The notes below the pieces were generated by a model, which was given only the letters and a program-made list of their open reading frames with translations, ran no database searches and was not told where the DNA came from. A stretch of DNA of 24,000 bases from Novosphingobium sp. (GTDB lineage Bacteria > Pseudomonadota > Alphaproteobacteria > Sphingomonadales > Sphingomonadaceae), in NCBI GenBank assembly GCA_031368085.1, contig JANLQW010000034.1, positions 2,784-26,783 on the forward strand. The letters run 5' to 3'. This document shows, one piece after another, positions 1 to 8,594 of this stretch (its first letter is position 1; each line of letters opens with the position of its first letter). Position numbers and translations under genes: made by a program.

Positions 1-1046
1 TCAGTGTTAATTCTGGCAAACGCAGCATCGCGCTCAATCTGAAGCAGGTTGAAGGGCAGTTGATTGTGGCGAGGCTCGCCGCCGGGGCTGACATCATTAT
101 CGAAAGTTTTGCGCCAGGTGTTGCCGCCAAGCTCGGGGTGGATCATGATACTCTGGTTGGGGACAGGCAAGATGTCATCTGCTGCTCGATATCCGGATGG
201 GGGCAGCGCGGCCCGAAAAGCCCCGCACCAGGCTATGACGCGATCCTTCAAGCCTATTCCGGGCTGATGGCGATGAACGGAGAAGCCGCGCGCAATCCCG
301 TTCGACTGCCGGCCTCACCGGTAGATCAGGTCACCGGGCTTTATGCCACGCAGGCGATCTTGGCCGCCGTCATCGAACGGTCGAGCACGGGCAAGGGGTG
401 CCGCATCGAAGTTTCGCTCCTCGAGTCGGCGATCAAGCTGCTTGCGCCCAATCTCCAGGCCTATTGGTTGTCCGGTGCCGTTCCACAGCGTTCCGGTTCC
501 GGTCACCCGTCGATCGCGCCCTATGAATTGTTCGAGACGATGGATCGTCCGGTACTGGTGGCAGTCGCCAATGAGAAATTCTGGCGGGTGTTCTGCGATG
601 TGGCGGACCTGAACCACCTGCGCAACGACGCGCGTTTCGCTACCAATCCCGACCGCGTGCGGCACCGCGACGCATTGATCGCTCTCGTGGCTGACGCCAT
701 GCGCAGTCGGACCGCGTCCGACTGGATGGAGCGACTGGAGAGTGCGGGCATTCCTGCGGCGCCCCTCAATAGCATCGCCGACATCGCCAATGATCCCCAG
801 GCCATCGCCCTCGATATGTTCCGAAGTTTCGAACACCCGGATCTCGGCGTCACGAAGACTGTGCGGGAGCCGGTCCTGTTCGATGGAGAGCGCGCCGATC
901 CATCGCAGCCCCCGCCGACGTTGGGCCAACATACCCGTGAGATTCTCGAACGCGATCTGGCTTATTCGCGAGAGACCGTCGACGACCTTGCTGCCCGCGG
1001 CATTATCGCTGTTGTTCCTGAACAAGAAACGAAAGTCCCGGCGTGA
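1..1046 (+). CDS. Family III CoA-transferase (CaiB/BaiF-like), 5'-partial
   Basis: Frame 3 is open from base 3, reading SVNSGKRSIALNLKQVEGQ before the listed Met, so the gene enters from the left edge. Motifs by eye: GKRSIALNLK, IIIESFAPGV..KLG, SISGWGQRGP, GYD..LQAYSGLM, PVDQVTG. These are typical of this family. Confidence 0.85.
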   Translation, partial: SVNSGKRSIALNLKQVEGQLIVARLAAGADIIIESFAPGVAAKLGVDHDTLVGDRQDVICCSISGWGQRGPKSPAPGYDAILQAYSGLMAMNGEAARNPVRLPASPVDQVTGLYATQAILAAVIERSSTGKGCRIEVSLLESAIKLLAPNLQAYWLSGAVPQRSGSGHPSIAPYELFETMDRPVLVAVANEKFWRVFCDVADLNHLRNDARFATNPDRVRHRDALIALVADAMRSRTASDWMERLESAGIPAAPLNSIADIANDPQAIALDMFRSFEHPDLGVTKTVREPVLFDGERADPSQPPPTLGQHTREILERDLAYSRETVDDLAARGIIAVVPEQETKVPA

Positions 1047-1822
1047 ACCGATATGATAAATATGAGCGGATACGTATCACGCTCGTTGGCCGCGTGCTCT
1101 CGCTGGTCCTCGACCGGCCCGACAAGCTCAACGCGGTGGATGCGCGCATGCATGCCGAACTGTCGACGATTTTCGACGACGTGAACCTTGATCCGGACGT
1201 GGATATCGTCGTGCTTGGCGGCGCCGGTCGCAGCTTCAGCGCCGGTGGGGATGCCGACTGGATGATCGAACTGATGGACGTCGAAGGGGAGTGGAAGCGA
1301 AAGGCGGTCGAAAGCCGACGCATCTGGCTAAGCTTGATGGACCTGGAAAAGCCGATCATTTGCAAAGTACAGGGGTCGGTTCGCGGTATGTGCGCAACGA
1401 TCATGTCGCTGTGCGACGTCGTGATTGCGGCCGAGGATACGAATATCGCCGACACTCACATCGATATTGGCCTTGCCGGCGCGGATGGGTGTAACGCCAT
1501 CTGGCCCTTTCTTCTGGGATTTTCCAAGGCGAAGCATCTCCTGTTCAATGCCACTGTGCTGTCGGCGCATGATGCCGAAAAGCTCGGCCTGGTGACCAAA
1601 GTGGTTGCGAACGCCGCGCTGGACGAAGAGGTGGCAGACTATGTCGCGCGGCTGCAGACCAAGCCGATCCGGGCGCTCCAGCAGACGAAGATGGCGGTCA
1701 ATTTCCAAATGAAGCAGCTCGTTTGGCCCGCGTTGGAAAACGGCCTCAACCTCCTTGAAATGTCGAACTTTTCCGAGGAGCACCGCGCGCGGGTCAAAGC
1801 GTTCTCCTCGCGTTCCAAGTAA
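1043..1822 (+). CDS. Enoyl-CoA hydratase/isomerase (crotonase) family protein
   Basis: 259-aa ORF. Its GTG start overlaps the upstream stop (GTGA at 1043-1046). Motifs: LDRPDKLNAV and GGAGRSFSAGGD (oxyanion-hole segment), consistent with a crotonase fold. Confidence 0.85.
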   Translation: MNRYDKYERIRITLVGRVLSLVLDRPDKLNAVDARMHAELSTIFDDVNLDPDVDIVVLGGAGRSFSAGGDADWMIELMDVEGEWKRKAVESRRIWLSLMDLEKPIICKVQGSVRGMCATIMSLCDVVIAAEDTNIADTHIDIGLAGADGCNAIWPFLLGFSKAKHLLFNATVLSAHDAEKLGLVTKVVANAALDEEVADYVARLQTKPIRALQQTKMAVNFQMKQLVWPALENGLNLLEMSNFSEEHRARVKAFSSRSK

Positions 1823-1997
1823 CGTAGACCGACGATCCCCAATGCAGCGCTGCTCAAAAGCGCTCCCTTCATTCTCCACCTGCTATTATGAGATGCTCGT
1901 GGAACTACAACTTTGTTGCAGGAGCTTTAGCGCGTATCGGCCGTTGTGCTGGTGACATAGCTTTCGGCTCGTCCGGCTCGAATGCAAAGGCGCCTGA

Positions 1998-3869
1998 GTG
2001 GAACGTGACCCAGAGAACACCGCCGGCTACCACGACGTTCTAACCGGCGCGCGCGAGTCGCCGCAAAGCGCTGGCGCTGCGCAAGTTGCGCCCGTGGCGG
2101 TACCCGAGCTGAAGAGTCTGCTGTCGATAGCTGTTGCTACGCTGGTCGTCGCAGCGCTCTATTTTGCGCAAGATGTGTTGATCCCGATCACGCTTGCAGT
2201 GATGTTATCATTCGTATTAACCCCGGTCGTCGGTGCACTTCAGCGCTTCGGAATTTCTCGAGTACCGGCCGTCATACTTGCCATGCTCGCAGCTTTGGGC
2301 TCACTGGGAGCAGTTGGCACGCTTATTGGCAACCAGGCTGCAGCTTTGGCTGACAACGCACCTCAATACACCCGCACGATCGAGAGCAAAGTTCAAGGCG
2401 TGCAGGCGCTCGCTATTGCGCGGCTGGCTTCGATCACCCGAAACCTGGGTTCTCACCGCCCCCCGGCACCGGCGCCTCAGGTGCGCGGGCAGGCTGGCGT
2501 AAGCTCTGAGCCAGCACCAATTCCGGTTCGTGTCGTGGGCGAGCAGTTGTCCCCGTTTGCGATTGCACGCACAGTTCTGGCGCCGATCATCGGTCCGCTC
2601 GAGACAACAGTGATCGTGCTGGTCGTGGCGATCTTCATTCTGATGCAGCGCGAGGATCTTCGCGACCGCTTCATCCGGCTGTTCGGCTCCCATGACCTGC
2701 ACCGCACCACTCGCGCCATGGATGATGCGGGGGAGCGGCTAAGCCGGTATTTCCTCTCCCAGCTTGCCGTGAACGCATGCTTTGGCGTCGTTATATCCCT
2801 CGGGCTCTGGTTGATCGGTGTACCCTCGCCAGCAATGTGGGGGGTCATGGCAGGTATTTTCCGCTTCGTACCCTACGTCGGTCCCATCCTTGCGGCAGTA
2901 GCCCCAGCCGCGCTCGCCGCCGCGGTAGATCCGGGCTGGACCATGACGATAGAGGTCGTCGCACTCTTTATCGTCGTCGAGCCCCTCACCGGCTATGTCG
3001 TCGAGCCGGTGCTTTACGGCCATTCAACCGGGCTCTCGCCCGTGTCGGTGATTATCTCCGCAATCTTCTGGACTTGGCTGTGGGGGCCCATCGGGCTCAT
3101 TATGTCGACGCCCCTGACGCTTATCCTGGTGGTCATGGGCCGCCACGTTAAGAGCCTCGAGTTTTTTGACGTTCTGCTCGGTAACAGGCCCGCGCTGACG
3201 CCTGTTGAAAGCTTTTACCAGCGGGTTCTTGCCAACAACCCTGACGAGGCCCTGGCAGAGGCCGAATCGTTGCTCGCCGACAAGTCGCTGCTGGCCTACT
3301 ACGACGAAGTTATTCTGCCAGCACTCAAGCTTGCAGTGGATGACCAGGCGCGCGGCACGATCGATCGCGACCGCGAAGTTCAGATGACCCTCACAATTCG
3401 TTCAGTAATCGCCGACCTGGGCGATCATGCGCCGCCCGCTGAAACAGAGATTGCGGAAACGGTTGCGTGTATCGCCGGGCATGGACCATTCGACCAAGCA
3501 GTGTCGACCATCGTGGCGCAACTGCTCACGGCGCAGGGATTTGCCGTCCGCAGCGTCCGTAATCGCGATACCTCTCGCGAGGCGATCAAGTTGCTTGACC
3601 TTAATGATCCTGCGGTAGTCGTTATCTCCTATCTCGAACTTGCCGGTTCTCCCGCCTCCTTGCGCTACCTTATCAAGCGGCTCCGCACACAGGCGCCGAG
3701 GGCGCGCGTTATCGCCGGAATGTGGCTTCAGGGCGAGGCTGCACTAAGCGATGATGCTATTCAGCGAGCGATCGGCGCGGACCGATACGTAGGCTCGCTC
3801 GCCGATGCTGTGGCGGTCGCCGTCGAGTTGGCGCAGCCCGCATCGGATCAGCTAACTACGAACAAGTAG
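1998..3869 (+). CDS. AI-2E family transporter (PerM/UPF0118-like) with a ~220-aa C-terminal soluble extension
   Basis: 623-aa ORF with multiple hydrophobic helices, including LLSIAVATLVVAALYF, VIVLVVAIFILM, and FGVVISLGLWLIGVP followed by MWGV. The family-typical segment FRFVPYVGPIL is present. GTG start with AAAGG upstream; the exact start is uncertain. Confidence 0.8.
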   Translation: MERDPENTAGYHDVLTGARESPQSAGAAQVAPVAVPELKSLLSIAVATLVVAALYFAQDVLIPITLAVMLSFVLTPVVGALQRFGISRVPAVILAMLAALGSLGAVGTLIGNQAAALADNAPQYTRTIESKVQGVQALAIARLASITRNLGSHRPPAPAPQVRGQAGVSSEPAPIPVRVVGEQLSPFAIARTVLAPIIGPLETTVIVLVVAIFILMQREDLRDRFIRLFGSHDLHRTTRAMDDAGERLSRYFLSQLAVNACFGVVISLGLWLIGVPSPAMWGVMAGIFRFVPYVGPILAAVAPAALAAAVDPGWTMTIEVVALFIVVEPLTGYVVEPVLYGHSTGLSPVSVIISAIFWTWLWGPIGLIMSTPLTLILVVMGRHVKSLEFFDVLLGNRPALTPVESFYQRVLANNPDEALAEAESLLADKSLLAYYDEVILPALKLAVDDQARGTIDRDREVQMTLTIRSVIADLGDHAPPAETEIAETVACIAGHGPFDQAVSTIVAQLLTAQGFAVRSVRNRDTSREAIKLLDLNDPAVVVISYLELAGSPASLRYLIKRLRTQAPRARVIAGMWLQGEAALSDDAIQRAIGADRYVGSLADAVAVAVELAQPASDQLTTNK

Positions 3870-3900
3870 GTCGCTGGTTCGAACCCCGCTGGGCTCACCA
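3851..3900 (+). other. tRNA 3'-half remnant (Arg-ACG-like); no 5' half, so possibly an att-site scar
   Basis: GGTTCGAACCC T-loop at 3876-3886, then 5 nt T-stem, 7 nt acceptor, discriminator A and CCA at 3898-3900, all at exact tRNA spacing. AGGTC variable loop at 3868-3872. CTACGAA at 3856-3862 falls exactly on anticodon-loop positions 32-38 (anticodon ACG). No complementary 5' acceptor (GAGCCCA) or D-arm lies upstream. There is one T-C mismatch in the T-stem. Confidence 0.55.
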
Positions 3901-3909
3901 TCCAGTCGC

Positions 3910-4977
3910 TCAGCCGCAGGCTCGCATGGCCTCGCAGGCAAGCTCCGCCAATCTGGGAAAATGTTCGGCGCGCTGGCGGGCGTGGGCGGAGGCGGCGGTG
4001 CCGCGGATCACCCGGCCCTTGATGCCGTGGAAAATCGCGGCGAGGCGGAAGAAGTTGAACGCGATGCAGAAATCGTAGTTGGTGAAGCTGGAACGCCCGG
4101 TTCGCAGCGCATAGGCGGCGACATATTCGGCTTCGGTCGGGATGCCCAGCGCGGCGATGTCACTGTTCCCCAGCCCGGCGACAATCTCGGGCGGCATGCG
4201 GTACATCATCGCGTGATAGGCGAAGTCGGCCAGAGGATGGCCGAGGGTGGACAGTTCCCAGTCCAGCACCGCGAGGATCCTGGGTTCGGTGGGATGGAAG
4301 ATCATGTTGTCGCAGCGGAAATCGCCGTGGACGATGCTGGTCTCGTCGCCGCCGGGAATATGCGCGGGCAGCCATTCCATCAGCCGGTCCATATTCGCGT
4401 CGCGCCCGGCGTCCTTGTCATCGAGATATTGGCGGGACCAGCGACTGATCTGGCGGGCGAAGTAATTGCCGGGCTTGCCGTAGTCGCCCAGGCCAATGGC
4501 CGCATAGTCCACGCCGTGCAGCTGGGCGATGGCCCTGTTCATCGCATCGAAACAGGCTGCGCGGTCGTCGGGAATAAGGCCAGGAAAGGTGGCATCCCAG
4601 AAGATGCGCCCCTCGACCATCTCCATCACAAAGAACCAGCTGCCGATGACGGCATCGTCCGTGCACAGGCCGTATACCTTTGCGGCCGGGAAGTCGGCGT
4701 GTCCCAGCGCGGTAAGAATGCGTGCTTCGCGGTCGACCGCATGCGCGCCGGCGAGCACCTGGCCGGGAGGCTTGCGGCGCAGCACATAGGATTGGCGCGG
4801 CGTGATCAGCTTGTAGGTCGGGTTCGATTGGCCCCCCTTGAACTGCTCGATGCTCAGAGGGCCGCTGAAGCCCTCGACATGAGCCTCCATCCAGCGGGCG
4901 AGGGCAGTCTCGTCGAAGCCGAAGCCTTCGCGGACGGCCGAGGTTCCGGCATTTGCGTCCTGATCGGCAGCGCTCAC
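3910..4977 (-). CDS. APH-family phosphotransferase, homologous to the kinase domain of ACAD10/ACAD11
   Basis: 355-aa ORF. Motifs: FKGGQSNPTY, YVLRRKPPG, HAVDRE, HGDFRCDNMIF (Brenner-type HxDxxxxN), VLDWELSTLGHPLAD. Its start overlaps the upstream ACAD stop by 4 nt. Confidence 0.85.
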   Translation of the reverse strand: MSAADQDANAGTSAVREGFGFDETALARWMEAHVEGFSGPLSIEQFKGGQSNPTYKLITPRQSYVLRRKPPGQVLAGAHAVDREARILTALGHADFPAAKVYGLCTDDAVIGSWFFVMEMVEGRIFWDATFPGLIPDDRAACFDAMNRAIAQLHGVDYAAIGLGDYGKPGNYFARQISRWSRQYLDDKDAGRDANMDRLMEWLPAHIPGGDETSIVHGDFRCDNMIFHPTEPRILAVLDWELSTLGHPLADFAYHAMMYRMPPEIVAGLGNSDIAALGIPTEAEYVAAYALRTGRSSFTNYDFCIAFNFFRLAAIFHGIKGRVIRGTAASAHARQRAEHFPRLAELACEAMRACG

Positions 4978-6149
4978 TGCGCCTTCACCCAGTCACGCTT
5001 GATCTTCTTGGCGAGCGACCATTTATGCACTTCGGTCGGCCCGTCATAGATGCGGAAGGCGCGGATTTCGCGGAAGACCCGCTCGACGATGGTCTTGTCG
5101 GTCACCCCGGTGCCGCCCATCACCTGGACGCAGCGGTCGGCCACCCGCATCAGCGCTTCGGACACCGCGACCTTGGCCATGGAACTTTCGGCCGAGCCGA
5201 GCGAGCCGGTGTCGAGCACCGAGGCGCACCAGTCGATCATCAGCTCGCATTGCTTGAGGTCGATCAGATTGTCGGCGAGCATGAAGCCGACGCCTTCGTG
5301 GTCGATCAGCGGTTTGCCGAAGGCCTGGCGGCGGTTGGCATAGTCGGTGGCGATTTCGTGGCACCGGATGCAGGCGCCCAGCCAGCGCATGCAATGCGAC
5401 AGCCGCGCCGGGGCGAGGCGAATCTGGGCATATTGAAAGCCTTCGCCGGCCTCGCCCAGCATCTGGTCGGCGGGGATGCGCAGATTGTCGAGCAGCACGG
5501 TGGCGTGGCCGCCCGGCATCGAATTGTCGATGGTATTGGGCACATGTCCGATGCGGATGGCGGGGTCGGGCAGATCGACCAGGAACATGCAGGCGCCCTC
5601 ATCGGCCTTGGCCATGACGATGCCGATTCTGGCCCCGAGGGCGCCGGTGATGAAGGCCTTGCGGCCGTTGATCACCCAGTGATTGCCATCACGACGGCAG
5701 GTGGTCTTCATCATCGAAGGGTCCGAGCCGGCGCCGTTTTCCTCGGCCGGTTCGGTCATGAAAAAGGCCGATCGGACCCGGCCTTCGACCATGGGCTTGA
5801 GGAAGCGCTCCTTGATCTCAGGGCTGCCGACCTTGCCAAGCAGGTACATGTTGCCTTCATCGGGGGCATTGGTGTTGACCGCCAGCGGGCCGAACGGGGA
5901 TAGCCCGGACTTTTCCAGCACGATCGCGGTTTCGCGCTGGGTGAGGTGGGTGCCGTCAGCCAGGATGTGCGGCGTCAGGACGCCGGCTTTGCGCGCCTGC
6001 TCGCGCATTTCGAACACCAGCTCGTCGGTCGGCGCGTTGTGGTGGTCGCGGCGGGGGTCCTGCTCATAGGGGACCACCACCTCGCGCACGAAAGCCTCGA
6101 CTTTCGCGGCGATTTCCGCTGTCCGTTCAGGGCCTGCGCCGCTCGTCAT
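4974..6149 (-). CDS. Acyl-CoA dehydrogenase family protein
   Basis: ACAD-like throughout, for example FFMTEPA, INGRKAFITGA and RIYDGPTEVH (catalytic-base region). I prefer the ATG at 6149 (MTSGAGPER..), preceded by GGAGAG 5 nt upstream, over the ORF-track ATG at 6170. Confidence 0.9.
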   Translation of the reverse strand: MTSGAGPERTAEIAAKVEAFVREVVVPYEQDPRRDHHNAPTDELVFEMREQARKAGVLTPHILADGTHLTQRETAIVLEKSGLSPFGPLAVNTNAPDEGNMYLLGKVGSPEIKERFLKPMVEGRVRSAFFMTEPAEENGAGSDPSMMKTTCRRDGNHWVINGRKAFITGALGARIGIVMAKADEGACMFLVDLPDPAIRIGHVPNTIDNSMPGGHATVLLDNLRIPADQMLGEAGEGFQYAQIRLAPARLSHCMRWLGACIRCHEIATDYANRRQAFGKPLIDHEGVGFMLADNLIDLKQCELMIDWCASVLDTGSLGSAESSMAKVAVSEALMRVADRCVQVMGGTGVTDKTIVERVFREIRAFRIYDGPTEVHKWSLAKKIKRDWVKAQ

Positions 6150-6173
6150 ACAGTCTCTCCGGTTTTGCATTGG

Positions 6174-6250
6174 CGCATTGGCTCTTCGCCCTGCATCGCG
6201 CTCATGCCCAGCCGCGCGAGCAGCGCCGCGTCGGCGTCATCGCCGGCGTT
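6174..6250 (-). repeat. Inverted 77-bp copy of the bioB 3' end (bioB remnant)
   Basis: The reverse complement of 6174-6250 aligns base for base with 10499-10575, with 3 mismatches and no gaps. It encodes [26 protein letters not shown], versus [26 protein letters not shown] in BioB. Confidence 0.85.
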
Positions 6251-6430
6251 GGACCCGCATCCTCTTTCGATGCCCAAGCGGATATCACCTTCGCGCGTCG
6301 GCGCAACCGCAATGATGCTTCAGTCGGGCAACCTGTCCGCCGGCAAGTCATTTGCCAGCGGGCTGGTGGAAACAGGAACATTATTGAATATTACCGCGTT
6401 TCCTTGGCATTCGGCAGCTATGGAGTACCG

Positions 6431-7501
6431 ATGATAGAAGCCCGCGCGTGCATCAATGCCATCGGCTGTGCCGTACCCGATCACGATGTGCATCGCGCCT
6501 TCATCGCATGGGCCGAAGGGCAGATCGGCGAAGAGCGCGAGCGCTCGGTCTTCCGCCGGATGGCGGAGCGATCAGGCATCGAGCGGCGCTGGTCGGTGTT
6601 GCCGCCAACAGCCGGTGGCGGTTCGCCCGTCGATCCCGGCGGTTTTTACGCCGCAGATATCCCGCCAACCTCGCTGCGGATGAGCCGCTACGCCGAATTC
6701 GCGCCGCAACTTGCGATGCGTGCGATCGAACGGCTGGTGGACCAGGTCTCGCTCGGCAGTATCAGCCACTTGGTTGTGGCAAGCTGCACCGGCTTCGTCG
6801 CGCCTGGAATCGACCAGATAATTGCCCGGCAGCTCGGCATAACAGGCGCAGAGCGGACGCTGATCGGGTTCATGGGCTGCTATGCTGCGGTCGCTGCGCT
6901 GCGAACTGCGCGGCATATTGTTCGGTCAGAGCCGGCGGCGAGAGTTCTGGTCGTGACGGTCGAGCTGTCAACGCTCCATCTCCAGGAACTCCGGCAAATC
7001 GAAAGCCTGCTGATGATGCTGCAGTTCGGTGACGGCGCGGCGGCGGCGCTGGTTACCGCCGGGGGCAGCGGCCTGGCCATCGACCGCCCGTTTGCCATCA
7101 ATCTGGAGGATTCGGCCGATCTCATCCGCTGGACAATCGGCGATAGCGGTTTCGAGATGCATCTGTCAGGCCAGGTTCCCGGCCGCATCCAGATGGCGCT
7201 GCGGGATGAAACCGTGCGCCGCCAGATTCTCGGTTCCCACGAGCCTGCTGCGATCGGCAGCTGGGCGGTGCATGCCGGTGGACGCTCGATCCTCGATGCG
7301 GTGCAGCACGGGCTGGAACTGGATGAGCAAGCGCTGGCCGTATCCCGCAGCGTACTGGCCAGATTTGGCAATATGTCATCCTCGACCCTGATGTTCATTC
7401 TGGCGGATCTGCTGGCCGAGGACAGACATCGCAGCGGCATCGCGCTGGCGTTCGGTCCGGGTCTTGCTGCAGAAGGATTTCACTTTGAGCCGGCCGGTTG
7501 A
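6431..7501 (+). CDS. Type III polyketide synthase (chalcone synthase-like)
   Basis: ATG at 6431 with GGAG 6 nt upstream. Cys-His-Asn triad contexts: VVASCTGFVAPG, WAVHAGGRSIL, GNMSSSTLMF. The 87 upstream codons in the ORF track are intergenic or bioB remnant, not part of the gene. Confidence 0.9.
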   Translation: MIEARACINAIGCAVPDHDVHRAFIAWAEGQIGEERERSVFRRMAERSGIERRWSVLPPTAGGGSPVDPGGFYAADIPPTSLRMSRYAEFAPQLAMRAIERLVDQVSLGSISHLVVASCTGFVAPGIDQIIARQLGITGAERTLIGFMGCYAAVAALRTARHIVRSEPAARVLVVTVELSTLHLQELRQIESLLMMLQFGDGAAAALVTAGGSGLAIDRPFAINLEDSADLIRWTIGDSGFEMHLSGQVPGRIQMALRDETVRRQILGSHEPAAIGSWAVHAGGRSILDAVQHGLELDEQALAVSRSVLARFGNMSSSTLMFILADLLAEDRHRSGIALAFGPGLAAEGFHFEPAG

Positions 7502-7505
7502 CCCC

Positions 7506-8594
7506 ATGCACACGCCGGTGTTGATCGTTGGGGGAGGGCCGGCCGGCTCGGCAGCCGCGATTTCGCTGGCCAGGGCTGGGCAAACCCCACTGGTGATCGA
7601 GCGCACGCAGGCCGCCAGCCAGGTCGTCTGCGGCGGGTTTCTCGGCTGGGATGCGCTGGCAGCGTTGCGCGAACTGGGCGTTGATGCGGCGGATCTCGGC
7701 GCGCGGCCGATAAGGCGCGTCCGGTTGTTGACTCGCCATCGCTCAGTTGAGGCGGACTTGCCCCATGCCGCGGCCGGGCTGTCACGCCGCACGCTGGACG
7801 CCGCACTGCTTGCGGCCGCCGAGACTGCCGGGGCGAGGGTCATGCGCGGACGGGCAGTGCGCGCCGCCGATCCTACACAGCGCAGCGTCCGGATCAGCGA
7901 TGGCGAAACGATCGCCTGCGAGGCCCTGTTTCTGGCGACCGGCAAGCATGAGCTCAGAGGGCTGGCGCGAGACCTTTCCGGACATAGCGATGCGCCGGCG
8001 GTTGGCATCCGCATGGTGCTGCCTCCTTCGCCGGAGCGCGAGCAAGCGCTTATCGGGGTGGTGGAACTGCACCTGTTCAGACGCGGCTATGCGGGGTTGC
8101 TGCTCCAGGAAGACGGTACGGCGAATCTGTGCCTGTCGGTATCGCAGGACCGGTTCCGCGCTGCCGGCGGTGCCATGGCGCTCATCGCCGAAATCATGCG
8201 CGAGGTGCCCAAGCTTGCGGACAGGCTCGGCTCGGATCTGCCAGTCCGTTTTGCGGCCACTGCCGGTGTGCCCTACGGGTGGAGGGCGCGCCAGACCCTG
8301 CCGGGCATATTTCGCATCGGCGATCAGGGCGGCGTCATCGCCTCTCTGGTCGGCGACGGGATAGCGATTGCCCTGAACAGCGGACAGGATGCAGCCTCGG
8401 CATTGCTGGAGACAGGTGCCGGTGCCGCGCCGGACTGGCAACGCCGGTTTTCGGCCCGCGCGCGCCGGCCGATTGGTATCGCCGAAACGTTGCGGCATGG
8501 GGCCTCCCACCCGCTCGTGGCGGATGGGTTTATCCAGTTGTTGCGGTTGTTGCCCGGCCTCAGCCGCGTCGCGGCGCGGATGACCCGCATCTAG
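7506..8594 (+). CDS. FAD-dependent oxidoreductase (geranylgeranyl-reductase/flavin monooxygenase-like)
   Basis: ATG at 7506, 5 nt after the PKS stop. N-terminal dinucleotide fold VLIVGGGPAGSAAAISLARAG. C-terminal GD motif region IGDQGGVIASLVGDGIAIAL. Confidence 0.85.
   Translation: MHTPVLIVGGGPAGSAAAISLARAGQTPLVIERTQAASQVVCGGFLGWDALAALRELGVDAADLGARPIRRVRLLTRHRSVEADLPHAAAGLSRRTLDAALLAAAETAGARVMRGRAVRAADPTQRSVRISDGETIACEALFLATGKHELRGLARDLSGHSDAPAVGIRMVLPPSPEREQALIGVVELHLFRRGYAGLLLQEDGTANLCLSVSQDRFRAAGGAMALIAEIMREVPKLADRLGSDLPVRFAATAGVPYGWRARQTLPGIFRIGDQGGVIASLVGDGIAIALNSGQDAASALLETGAGAAPDWQRRFSARARRPIGIAETLRHGASHPLVADGFIQLLRLLPGLSRVAARMTRI

Noticed and set aside
1846-1864. A possible intrinsic terminator after the crotonase gene (AGCGCT-N7-AGCGCT).
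   Set aside because: It has only a 6-bp stem and is followed by CCCTTCATTCTCC rather than a U-run, so it is too weak to call.
3961-5903. Long + strand ORFs (362 aa and 316 aa) opposite the kinase and ACAD genes.
   Set aside because: These are typical high-GC shadow ORFs: Arg/Gly/Ala-rich, with no recognisable motifs. The opposite strand carries strongly recognisable family motifs.
6170-6430. An 87-codon N-terminal extension of the type III PKS ORF as listed in the ORF track ([12 protein letters not shown]...).
   Set aside because: The ATG at 6431 has a GGAG SD and gives the normal PKS N-terminus. The extension is Arg-rich, overlaps the ACAD start region, and is partly the antisense of the bioB remnant.
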